Positions 28,283-37,256 of a DNA stretch of 64,000 nucleotides are shown piece by piece (position 1 is the first letter of the stretch; each line of letters begins with the position of its first letter). The position numbers were made by a program, and so were the translations under genes. This stretch comes from Acidobacteriota bacterium. Lineage in GTDB: Bacteria; Acidobacteriota; UBA6911; RPQK01; JAJDTT01. The notes under the pieces are model-generated. The model ran no database searches and was not told the DNA's origin. It saw only the letters and a program-made list of their open reading frames with translations. The stretch is from the NCBI GenBank assembly GCA_965263035.1, contig OZ253580.1:1984001-2048000 (forward strand). Direction: 5' to 3'.

Positions 28283-28912
28283 ATCGGGTCGAGTGCAGGG
28301 GATTGCGCCCCTGCACCCTCCCACACCACCGGACGTACCGTTTTCAGTATCCGGCGGTTGGAGTCACTCGAGGCTCTTTCGAGCCTCGTAAAGGGCCTTT
28401 CTTTCCGGTTTTCGCCGCCGCTGGGACTTGATCTCCGCCCTTCCGGCTTGACGGGTTCCACCCTTGGGCCTTCCGTGCCGGGTCCGAGGGGCCTCCCCCC
28501 GCCCCGTTTCCGGAGGTAGTTGCGATCCCGCTGACGAGTCCACCATAGGGCCCGTCCGACTCCTTCGGTCCTTCGCTCCACCGGCATTATCCGGCTTCTT
28601 CGCTACTATGACCTCTGCTGACTTCTCAAAGGCTCTCACCCTTGAGATCTCCCCGAGTAAGGTGCTGCATCTTTCCCCCCGGGCCGCCCGGCTCTACCTG
28701 GTACGTCTGGATGGGGTTCGGGTTTCGCTGTTGCTCGCCAGCTCACCGCCCGCACCCGGCCTCGCTGCCGGTTCGTGTTCCTGCGGTCGTGGGTTTGCCT
28801 TCCGCTTCCTTCAGCTTCACCTCGCGGCTACGCCTTGCGGTTCGGCTAGGGTTGGTCCCATCACCTCCCTTGGGATCTTTCATCCCTTAGATACAGCCCA
28901 TGTCGGGCGCAC
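28283..28912 (-). ncRNA. RT-less group II intron (class IIC-like), 630 nt
   Basis: Minus-strand 5' end GTGCGCCCGACATGGGC; DV AACCGCCGGATACTGAAAACGGTACGTCCGGTGGTGTGGGAGG; DVI hairpin ending ACCCGAT; preceded by hairpin GGCGGCAAGAAAGCCGCC; only a 60-aa non-RT ORF (28364-28546) inside. Confidence 0.88.
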
Positions 28913-29135
28913 GAGCGGCGGCTTTCTTGCCGCCGACCAGGGGGGCAAAGGGGGGACGGAGTCCCCACTTTACACTCTCCGGCCGCCGAACTCCGAGAGC
29001 AACACAGAAGTCCTTCACCGGCCGTCCTCCAGCGCGATCCAACCAGAAAAACCGGGTGGATGGGAGCAACAGCTTTCCAGCCGCCGGGTTCGGGTCGGTG
29101 ATGAAGACGGGGGACAAGACTGTCCCCCCTCCCAG
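28913..29135. repeat. Cluster of REP-like hairpins (stem-CAAGAA-stem-CTCCCA family)
   Basis: 28913-28970 is the reverse complement of ~35860-35916; degenerate copy near 29057-29085; GGGGGACA-AGAC-TGTCCCCC-CTCCCA at 29109-29134. Confidence 0.75.
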
Positions 29136-29136
29136 G

Positions 29137-30060
29137 TCAATTCGCCTTCAGCCGGGTGAAGGCTTCCATTTCCCGCGCCGCATTCTCAATCTGATCCTGC
29201 TCCTGATAGATCTGGGCCAGGATGTAGTGCGGCTCAGCCAGATCGGGGTCGAGCTCCACACACTTCAGGGCCGAAGAGACGGCTTTCTCCAGCCGTCCCA
29301 GCTCCCGGTAGGCCTTGGCCAGGAGCAGGTGCAGATGGCTCGGGGGAAGAGCGGTCAGCGTGACGTAGAGCCGCCGGCTCTTGGCCACCGCCACCGCCCG
29401 GCGATCACGGCTGTAGAACCCGGTCTCGGCGATTTGCAGATGCCCCAACGCTTCCGCCGCCTGTCCCTGCTTCAGCAGCATCTCCGCCAACTCGAGCCGG
29501 GCCACCACGTTCTTGGGATAGAGTCCGATCTCGGCGGCAAGCTCTCGAATGGTGTCTTCCGCGGCCCCGTTGTTTCGATGGACCCGGGCCATATGGTAGT
29601 GCAGCGTGGGAAAGCTGTAATCGGTTGCGGCGATGGAACTGAACTCCTCCAAGGCCTGTCCGAGACGGTTGAGCTCGTGGTAGGTCCGGCCCAGGTAGAA
29701 GCGGGTCATCAGGTTCGTCCCATCCATCTCGACGGCCCGCTGCAACAGGGGCAGGGCTTCTTCCTGCCCCTGTTGCTGGAGCAGGATGACGGCCAGGTCG
29801 AAGTGACGGCCGGGCTGGTCCGGCCCCAGCTCGACGGATCGTCTCAGGCTCGCTTCGGCCTCGGGCAACTGCCGCAACTGGGCGAAGATCAGTCCCTGGA
29901 GATGATGGCCGGCGGCGTTGTCGGGGTCCTCCGCCAGGAGCTCGCGGGTGACGGCCAAGGCTTCAGGGTAGTTCCTCTGCTGAAAGTGGCGGACCGCCTC
30001 GTCGTAGCTCTGACCCCAGAGCGGCAGGAAGCCGAGGCCCCAGACGAGTGTCGCAAGCAT
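29137..30060 (-). CDS. Tetratricopeptide repeat (TPR) protein, secreted
   Basis: Repeated TPR helices (HHLQGLIF..., FYLGRTY..., ELDPDLAEPHYILAQIY); hydrophobic N-terminus from 30060. Confidence 0.85.
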   Translation of the reverse strand: MLATLVWGLGFLPLWGQSYDEAVRHFQQRNYPEALAVTRELLAEDPDNAAGHHLQGLIFAQLRQLPEAEASLRRSVELGPDQPGRHFDLAVILLQQQGQEEALPLLQRAVEMDGTNLMTRFYLGRTYHELNRLGQALEEFSSIAATDYSFPTLHYHMARVHRNNGAAEDTIRELAAEIGLYPKNVVARLELAEMLLKQGQAAEALGHLQIAETGFYSRDRRAVAVAKSRRLYVTLTALPPSHLHLLLAKAYRELGRLEKAVSSALKCVELDPDLAEPHYILAQIYQEQDQIENAAREMEAFTRLKAN

Positions 30061-30191
30061 CCGTTTCGAGTTTTTCTGAAACTGTCGTGCGGGACGCCTG
30101 GGATCTGAAGCTGGCACCAACCGAATGGTACAATCCACGCAAACCTCCAACAAGGCCGGCTCGGAGAGGCCGAACGACCGGGAACCGCTGG

Positions 30192-30350
30192 GAGCCTGCG
30201 CGGCAGAAATTGATCTACTGCGAAAGCGGTAGAATCGGTCCATATTTCCCCGATTTCTCGGCGAATAGAACGACTATGCACCTCAAAATCGAGAAAATCT
30301 GGCCTCGATTCCCCGCTTTCTCGCTACGATCATTCCTGCCGCGCAGACTC
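30192..30350 (-). mobile_element. MITE copy 2 (159 bp, inverted orientation)
   Basis: GAGCCTGCGCGGCAGAAAT...ATTCCTGCCGCGCAGACTC; near-exact reverse complement of 43809-43967; flanks CTGG / CTCG. Confidence 0.9.
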
Positions 30351-30353
30351 CTC

Positions 30354-32129
30354 GTGGGAAAGAAGACGATTCCTCCCGTCAGAATCCGGCTCGGCGCCGT
30401 CCTCTGGCTCGGATGCTGCCTCTGGCCATCCGCCTGGGCCCAGGATCTCCCCTCCTTCAAGACGGCGACGGAACTGGTTCTGGTGGATCTGGTGGCGACC
30501 GACCGGGATGGCAATTTCGTTTGGGATCTGCGTCCCGACGAGCTGGAAGTGCTGGAAGACGGCAGGCGCCAGACAGTGACGTTCTTCAGCCTGCAGAACC
30601 GAGGGGCTCCAGTCCCGGAGAGAGCACCGGAGAAACCTGGGCAACCGGCACCGAGCGCCAGCAGTGTGCCAGTTCAGAGGATCGAAGAGGGATACCACGT
30701 CTTCCTGATGGACCTGCACAGCATGCCCTTCGATGCACTGGGCCGCAGCAAGGAGGCCGTTCGTGGCTTCGTCGAGTCACGCCTGGGTCCAAACGACCAG
30801 GTGATGCTGGCCACCATTCGCCACCGGCTTCGGATCAATCAGACCTTCACCAGGGACATCGACAAGTTCAGCCGGGCGCTGGCCCGGGTGCCCTTCAAAC
30901 CTCGATTGGAGGGCAATTTCAGTCGTTTCATGGAGAAGATGGACGACATCTTCGCCGATATGGGTGCCCTCGGTGTGGCCAACGATCCGAGCCTGGCTCA
31001 GGGAAACGCGGAAGAACTGGCCCCACAGATCGAAGGAGCGATCCAGATCGCCGCGGGAGAATCGCGGCAGTTCCTCTCCCAGATGGAAATCCAGGTGGCG
31101 TTCAGCTGCGCCGCCATCGGGGCCCTGGCCCGCCATCTGCGTTCTCTTCCGGGACGCAAACACCTGCTGCTGATCTCGGCCGGATACCCGCTGAACGCCC
31201 GGACCGTCATGAAGAACATCATCCGGGAGCGTGCCGCAACGTTTGCCCCGAACCAGTACCCACAGGTCCACATGCTCGTGAACAGCAGCATGGCGGGTTC
31301 GGGCCGGCGGAGCAGCTTCGAGTCCCGGTTGCGGTCCGTCATCGACCAGGCGAATCGATCGCAGGTCTCGGTCTACAGCATCGATCCCCGGGGACTGATG
31401 CCCCCGGCCATTTCATATGCCGGGACCAGGCAATCGGGTAGCCATTTGTACGCATCCCACTCGAATCAGGACATCACGGCTCCTCAGGATTTTCTGACCA
31501 CCCTGTCCTCGGGCACCGGAGGACTCTCCTTTCTGAACGACAACGACATGGCGCGAGGCATCGGGAAGGCCTTCGACGACGGGCGCAGCTACTATCTGCT
31601 GGGCTACGCGCCCCGCGCGAAGCGGAAGCCCGGCAAGTTCCACGAGATCCGGGTCAAGCTGGCGCGCAAGGGCGTCAAGCTTCGTTATCGCAGAGGCTAC
31701 GTCGACACGGACCCGGAACAGACCGCGCATGCGGATCTGGCCAACGCTTTCAAGTTTCCCGAACCGTTCCGGGATTTCCCCTTCCGGGTCCAGGTCTCCA
31801 ACCAGACGGGAAAGTTGAAGGTCCGCACCTTGATTCCGACGCGTTCTTTCGCTTTTTCGCGGAATGGCGGGAAGAACCGTTGCGTCATGGAGATGTTCGG
31901 TGCGCTGGTCGACGATTCAGGCAAGTGGGTGGGTGAGGATTTTCTCTTTTTCAAACGTCTGGATCTGGATCTGGACAGGGAGGGTCTGAATCTGTTTCAG
32001 CGCTACCGGAATTTCAGCTCTAGCTCCGAAAAGGATGCCCCGCCGGGGAAGTACGATCTGGTGGTGGTCCTGCGCCAGAGGCTCTCCGGAAGAATGGCCA
32101 CCTCCACCCGCAGCGTGGTCGTGGACTAA
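30354..32129 (+). CDS. Acidobacterial VWA-domain protein
   Basis: FKTATELVLVDLVATDRDG, VLEDGRRQ, FLMDLHSM, LPGRKHLLLIS, VYSIDPRGL, TGG...N, YYLLGY, YRRGY; start uncertain because the MITE abuts it. Confidence 0.85.
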   Translation: MGKKTIPPVRIRLGAVLWLGCCLWPSAWAQDLPSFKTATELVLVDLVATDRDGNFVWDLRPDELEVLEDGRRQTVTFFSLQNRGAPVPERAPEKPGQPAPSASSVPVQRIEEGYHVFLMDLHSMPFDALGRSKEAVRGFVESRLGPNDQVMLATIRHRLRINQTFTRDIDKFSRALARVPFKPRLEGNFSRFMEKMDDIFADMGALGVANDPSLAQGNAEELAPQIEGAIQIAAGESRQFLSQMEIQVAFSCAAIGALARHLRSLPGRKHLLLISAGYPLNARTVMKNIIRERAATFAPNQYPQVHMLVNSSMAGSGRRSSFESRLRSVIDQANRSQVSVYSIDPRGLMPPAISYAGTRQSGSHLYASHSNQDITAPQDFLTTLSSGTGGLSFLNDNDMARGIGKAFDDGRSYYLLGYAPRAKRKPGKFHEIRVKLARKGVKLRYRRGYVDTDPEQTAHADLANAFKFPEPFRDFPFRVQVSNQTGKLKVRTLIPTRSFAFSRNGGKNRCVMEMFGALVDDSGKWVGEDFLFFKRLDLDLDREGLNLFQRYRNFSSSSEKDAPPGKYDLVVVLRQRLSGRMATSTRSVVVD

Positions 32130-32262
32130 GGAAAGAGAAAAGAGCAAAGTGACGGAAGAGAGAAGAAAAGGCCCCATTGACTCACGGATCCATTGTGGCT
32201 ACGATGCTTCCAGGTTTTTAAGTCTGCATTCCCAGGCGGCTTGCAAAGTAAGGAGGTCGCAG

Positions 32263-35200
32263 ATGCGCCAAGCACCTCGCCTGCATTCCGCCATCCTGGC
32301 ACTACCTCTGGCACTCGTCTTTTGCCTTTCCCTGCCGAACGCGTACGGTCAGTTGACCACCTATGGACAGATCGTAGGGCGCGTGATCGACCCGACGGGA
32401 GCCGTGGTCCCAGGTGTCGAGGTCACAGTCACCAACACGGAAACCAACGTCCCACGATCTACGGTCAGCAACGACACGGGGAACTACTTGGTGGACAAGC
32501 TCATCGCCGGCGTCTATGAGGCCAGGGCGGAGCTACCCGGCTTCAAGACCCACTTGGCCGAGGTCCGTTTGAACACCGGACAGGTGGCGCGCCTGGACTT
32601 CCTGCTGAGCCCCGGCGAGATCTCCGAGCAGGTGACCGTCATGGGCCAGACCACGGCGCTGGACACGGACACGGCGGACATCAGCACCACGCTGGACGAG
32701 ACCCAGATTACCGAGCTTCCCATCAACGACCGGAACCTGATCCTGCTGGCGGAGCTCTCCACCGGGTCCGTGAGCGTCCGCTTCTCCACCGACCCCCGCT
32801 TCGTTCGAGATTCGGGCGGTCTTCCTGCCGTCAACGGCCTGCGGCCGGACTCCAGCCAGATCATGCTGGACGGCGCCGGCGCCCAGAGGCTCTACGATCA
32901 GCGGGCCACCGTGAACCCCACGCCGGAAACGATCAAGCAGTTCAAGGTCATCAGCAACACCTTCTCGGCCGAATACGGCCGGGTCGGGGGCGCCGTGGTG
33001 AGCATGACCAGTCACAGCGGCAGCAACGAGTTTCACGGCTTCGCCTGGGAGTATCTGCGGAGCGACAAGTTCGACGCCAACGGCTTTTTCGCCAACCGGA
33101 CCGGACTGGGTAAGCTGCCGCTGAGCCGCCATACCTTCGGCGGCGCCGTGGGTGGGCCCATCATCAAGGACAAGACCTTCTTCTACGCCAGCTACGAGCG
33201 CTTCATGGACGAATCGAACCTGACCGGGTTCATGGACGTTCCGCCGGCCTCCGAGCTGGCGGGGAATTTCGGGCAGGGCGACGGGAAGCAGGGCCTGATT
33301 CCCATCTACGACCCCTTCAACGTCGTCGACGGCCAGCGGGTGCAGTTTCCCAACAACGTCATCCCCTCCAGCAGAATCCACCCCGTTTCCATGGCGGTCC
33401 GGGACAAGGTGCCCTGGCCGGCTCCCAACCAGACGACCTATCCCAACTACGCCTATCCCCACGTGATCGACCAGGTGAAGAACAAGATTTCGATTCGAGG
33501 GGATCACCACTTCGCCGACGATTCGACGCTGTTCGGGCGCTGGACTTGGCAGAACGACCCGCAGATCTCCCACGGCTCCGCTTCGTCCGGATCCTTCGGC
33601 TTCTTCGTGGGCCGTGGAAGGCTGGGTGTCCCCGGGATGAGAAGCAGCGTGTACGAGGTGGAGACGGAGTTGGAGACCGGCTGGCAGACCAGCGGCGGCT
33701 GGGTCAAGCCGGTCGGGACCAACCTGGTGAACGAGATCAACTTCACCGGTTGGAAGTCGGACTTCGGCAACCGGAGCGCCGACACCGTGGACTGGTTCCA
33801 GGAGTTCGGTTACGACTTGGCGGGACAGGACGGGATCTTCGCCCTCGACAACAATGGCCAGCGTGGTCCCGCCGACCTGCCTTCCATCGGCGTCAGCGGC
33901 TACTCCAATATCCAGGGTCAGGGTGAGTTCGACCAGGGCGACTGGGGGTTCAGCATCAAGGAGACGGCCTCCTGGCGCAAGGGCAACCACTACCTGAAAT
34001 TCGGGATCGAGACCGTTCGGAACATGAACGTGCGCCTGGGCTGGGTCAGGCCTGCCGCTTCCATCGGCTTCAACGGCTACCAGACGGGGCAGATCACCTA
34101 CGGTCCCGACGGCAGCATCACAGGTTCCACCTTCGGCCAGCCCTACGCCGACTTCCTGCTCGGTACCGTGGCCAGTGCACAGTCCCGGATCACGGGCGGA
34201 GCCGGATACGGCCTCGGAAACTGGGGCGGCTACAATCAGTCGTCCTACAGTTGGTTCATCAACGACGATTGGAAGGTCATGCCCGATCTCAGCCTCAACC
34301 TGGGATTGAGGCACGAGATCCCGCTTCCGGAGCACTGGCTGGAGAACAAGGGAAACTGCTTCATCGACGTCACCGGAGGGCGGGACAACCCCATCCACAT
34401 GGTGCCCAAGGGCTTCCCCTATGATTCTCCCCTGGTGACGAACGGCCAGCGAGACGCCCTGGTGGTCCCGGTGGTGGAACTGGACAGCCATCGCTGCCGG
34501 CCGGTTCCCTGGCAGGGCTTCGCCCCCAGAGTGGGAATCGCCTGGCGCATGTTCGGCACCAACCGGACGGTTCTCCGCGCCGGAGGCGGCGTGTCTTTCG
34601 ATCAGGAATACGGTGGCTGGAAGGTGGGCGTCGGCTGGGTCGGCCCCTATGTGGGCACGGTCCGCGGCATCCAGCCTCGGGGAGAGGCTCCCCAGTACAT
34701 GCATGGCAGCTTCCTCAATCTGCCCACGACGTCGGCGGCCAGAGTGCACAGCGACGGCTCCTACTCGTACGACGGAAGCGGCTCCCAGACCGGCCAGGTC
34801 TACAGCTACAACCTGTCGATCCAGCACGAGCTGTTCGATGACACCAAGGTGGAGATCGCCTACGTGGGCAATCAGGGCCGGCACATGAGAAATCATCGGG
34901 CCTGGAACGTGTCCCAGATCGCCGGCCAGCCGATCATCCTGAACACCGGAGAAACGATCCGGGCCGAGGGAAACCGGGATCAAAGGCGTCCCTATCCGCT
35001 GATCGCCACCACCCTGCAGATTCGCTTCGACGGATCGCAGAACTACAACTCACTGCAGGCCAAGATCGAGCGGATGCCGAAGGACGGGCTTGGCATTTCG
35101 GCCGGGTGGACCTACGGCCGGGTCTTCGCCACCAACTACGCCGGAACCTATATCGCGGTGGTGCCCAACGAGTTCGACCGCACGGGACTCAACACCCGGA

Positions 35201-35751
35201 CCAAGTGGGACCGGCTCCACAGCTACTACACGGCCCTCACTTGGAGACTGCCCATTTTGGGGAACGCCACCGGCCTCACCAAGACGTTGCTGGCAGGTTG
35301 GGAGGCCACCTCCGTCATTACCGCGGCCACCGGGTCGCCGTTCGGCGTCCGCGTGGGAAGAGACGTGAACGACATCGGTTCCCGGCGCCTGCTGATGCCC
35401 GATCGGCTGAGCCACGGTCAGCTCCCCGAGAGTCAGAGAACGGTGGACCGGTACTACGACGTCGGTGCCTTCGCCATACCGGCCGTGGGACGATTCGGCA
35501 ACTCCCACATGTGGCCGCTGGAAGGAGATGGGATCAGTGTCTTCGACATCGGCCTCCACAAGGGGTTCGCCATCGGAGAGGACAAGGAGCTGGATTTCCG
35601 CGTGGAAATGTTCAACGCCTTCAATCATCCCATCTTCGATACGCCCGGGGGCAAGGGTGGACAGGACGCCATCGAGGGCGGCGGGGCTGGACGGGTTTCT
35701 TCCGCCTCTCAACCGCGCCGGCTCCAGTTCGCGTTCCGCTTTTCGTTCTGA
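32263..35751 (+). CDS. TonB-dependent receptor with carboxypeptidase-regulatory-like N-terminal domain
   Basis: AGGAGG RBS; GRVIDPTGAVVPG, FSAEYGR, SGSNEFHG, FGGAVGGPIIKDKTFF, FAPRVGIAW, C-terminal RRLQFAFRFSF. Confidence 0.92.
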   Translation: MRQAPRLHSAILALPLALVFCLSLPNAYGQLTTYGQIVGRVIDPTGAVVPGVEVTVTNTETNVPRSTVSNDTGNYLVDKLIAGVYEARAELPGFKTHLAEVRLNTGQVARLDFLLSPGEISEQVTVMGQTTALDTDTADISTTLDETQITELPINDRNLILLAELSTGSVSVRFSTDPRFVRDSGGLPAVNGLRPDSSQIMLDGAGAQRLYDQRATVNPTPETIKQFKVISNTFSAEYGRVGGAVVSMTSHSGSNEFHGFAWEYLRSDKFDANGFFANRTGLGKLPLSRHTFGGAVGGPIIKDKTFFYASYERFMDESNLTGFMDVPPASELAGNFGQGDGKQGLIPIYDPFNVVDGQRVQFPNNVIPSSRIHPVSMAVRDKVPWPAPNQTTYPNYAYPHVIDQVKNKISIRGDHHFADDSTLFGRWTWQNDPQISHGSASSGSFGFFVGRGRLGVPGMRSSVYEVETELETGWQTSGGWVKPVGTNLVNEINFTGWKSDFGNRSADTVDWFQEFGYDLAGQDGIFALDNNGQRGPADLPSIGVSGYSNIQGQGEFDQGDWGFSIKETASWRKGNHYLKFGIETVRNMNVRLGWVRPAASIGFNGYQTGQITYGPDGSITGSTFGQPYADFLLGTVASAQSRITGGAGYGLGNWGGYNQSSYSWFINDDWKVMPDLSLNLGLRHEIPLPEHWLENKGNCFIDVTGGRDNPIHMVPKGFPYDSPLVTNGQRDALVVPVVELDSHRCRPVPWQGFAPRVGIAWRMFGTNRTVLRAGGGVSFDQEYGGWKVGVGWVGPYVGTVRGIQPRGEAPQYMHGSFLNLPTTSAARVHSDGSYSYDGSGSQTGQVYSYNLSIQHELFDDTKVEIAYVGNQGRHMRNHRAWNVSQIAGQPIILNTGETIRAEGNRDQRRPYPLIATTLQIRFDGSQNYNSLQAKIERMPKDGLGISAGWTYGRVFATNYAGTYIAVVPNEFDRTGLNTRTKWDRLHSYYTALTWRLPILGNATGLTKTLLAGWEATSVITAATGSPFGVRVGRDVNDIGSRRLLMPDRLSHGQLPESQRTVDRYYDVGAFAIPAVGRFGNSHMWPLEGDGISVFDIGLHKGFAIGEDKELDFRVEMFNAFNHPIFDTPGGKGGQDAIEGGGAGRVSSASQPRRLQFAFRFSF

Positions 35752-35769
35752 CGGAGAGTCGGGGGCAGG

Positions 35770-35946
35770 AGGGGCGACTTCCAGTCGCCCATTGGGACAG
35801 GCGACTTTCTTGTCGCCTGCTCTTCCGTATTGTTATGTGATTCGGCGGAAGAAAAGCGTAAAGTGGGGACTCCGTCCCCCCTGCCCCCCTGATCGGCGGC
35901 AAGAAAGCCGCCGCTCCCATCCGGCGACAAGAAAGTCGCCGCTCCT
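35770..35946. repeat. Cluster of REP-like hairpins between convergent genes
   Basis: GGGCGAC-TTCCA-GTCGCCC, CAGGCGAC-TTTCTT-GTCGCCTG, GGGGAC-TCC-GTCCCC, GGCGGC-AAGAAA-GCCGCC-GCTCCCA, GGCGAC-AAGAAA-GTCGCC-GCTCC. Confidence 0.78.
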
Positions 35947-35969
35947 GTCGTTTTTCTCGCGGGATTTCG

Positions 35970-37256
35970 TTACTCTCCGGGGCTCGATAGAGACTTCATC
36001 CTCTCTTCGTGCTCTCGCGCCTGCTCCATCTTGCCCTGCCTGACGTAGACCGCATGCAGCAGCCGATGATGCTCCGAGAGGGCCACCGTTCCCTCCTTGT
36101 CGGTGGGCATTCGAGCCAGACGCTGCTCCAGGTCCAGGGCCTTCCTGGCCCAGGTTTCCGCCTCCTGGAACTGCTGACGGTGGAGACTGGAGACGGCCAT
36201 CAGAAAAGGCCCGATCGGCGCCAGCGGGTTGATCTGCATGATCTTGCGAGCCCGGTTCGCAGCCTCCCGGATCTGGCCTTCCTCCAGCTCCAAATCGGCC
36301 AGATCGGCCAGGAGGCCGACGCCGACGGCGCATCGACGGACCGCTTTCCGTAATTCGGAGAGTGCCTCCCCCTTCCTTCCGTCTGCCTTGAGACTTCTCC
36401 CCAGAAAAATGAGCAGCCGGCAGTCGTTGGGATGGGATTGGGCGTATTCGCTCAGCCGTCCGGCCGCTTCGGAATATGAGCCTCGGAGCCAGGCCAGACC
36501 GCCCCGATACAGGTTCACTTCGGGGTGGCTGCCTTGCAGCATTTCGGCTTTCTCGATCGCCTCCCGGCCCAGGTCGGGAAGGCCCAACTCCAGGTAGACG
36601 CCCGCCAGTTCCAGATGCACGGAGGCGGATGCCTGCTCCGAGGAGGCCAGGTTCTGCAGGGTTCGCAACTGTTTCTTCAGATGTTCCCGCTTCCGGTGGA
36701 ATCGAAGCACGCCCCGGCCCTCGTCGCGCCGGCCTTGCCGGAGCAGAGCCCGCCCCAGATGGAAGAGGGCCGGCTCGTATTCGGGATCCGCATCCAAAAC
36801 CGCGAGAAAGGTCTCTCCTGCTTCCGGATAACGGCCCTCCTTCAACTCGATGCGTCCACGGTAATACAGGGCGGTGGGGTCGCCGGACCGCTCGTTGAGT
36901 ACACATCGGAACTCCTTTCGAGCCTCCTCGGTCCGGCCTTGGCGGAAGTAGACGATCCCGACTCGCGACCGGATCCTCCATTCCTCCTCGAAACCCGCCG
37001 CTCGCGCTTGCCGGAAACTCTCAAGGGCGTCGCCGTAGCGCCCTAGGACCGTCTCGCAGATCCCCTTCCGGTAGTAGAGGCGGGGATCGGGACCACCGGT
37101 CCTCAAGAGGGTCTCAAGGTCCTCCAAAGCGCCGAGGTAGTTGTCGCCACGCATCTTGGCCAAGACGCTCTCGCGCGAGATCGGTCCACCGTGAAGCGGA
37201 ACTCCCGCGAGGGCCAGAGTCTGGATGAGAAGCAGAAGCGTCGACGCGACCTTCAC
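35970..37256 (-). CDS. TPR protein, secreted
   Basis: Multiple TPRs; GTG start overlaps upstream stop (GTGA); signal-peptide-like N-terminus. Confidence 0.82.
   Translation of the reverse strand: MKVASTLLLLIQTLALAGVPLHGGPISRESVLAKMRGDNYLGALEDLETLLRTGGPDPRLYYRKGICETVLGRYGDALESFRQARAAGFEEEWRIRSRVGIVYFRQGRTEEARKEFRCVLNERSGDPTALYYRGRIELKEGRYPEAGETFLAVLDADPEYEPALFHLGRALLRQGRRDEGRGVLRFHRKREHLKKQLRTLQNLASSEQASASVHLELAGVYLELGLPDLGREAIEKAEMLQGSHPEVNLYRGGLAWLRGSYSEAAGRLSEYAQSHPNDCRLLIFLGRSLKADGRKGEALSELRKAVRRCAVGVGLLADLADLELEEGQIREAANRARKIMQINPLAPIGPFLMAVSSLHRQQFQEAETWARKALDLEQRLARMPTDKEGTVALSEHHRLLHAVYVRQGKMEQAREHEERMKSLSSPGE

Noticed and set aside
28364-28639. Intron-encoded reverse transcriptase
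   Set aside because: ORF far too short and lacks YADD and other RT motifs; at most a leader remnant
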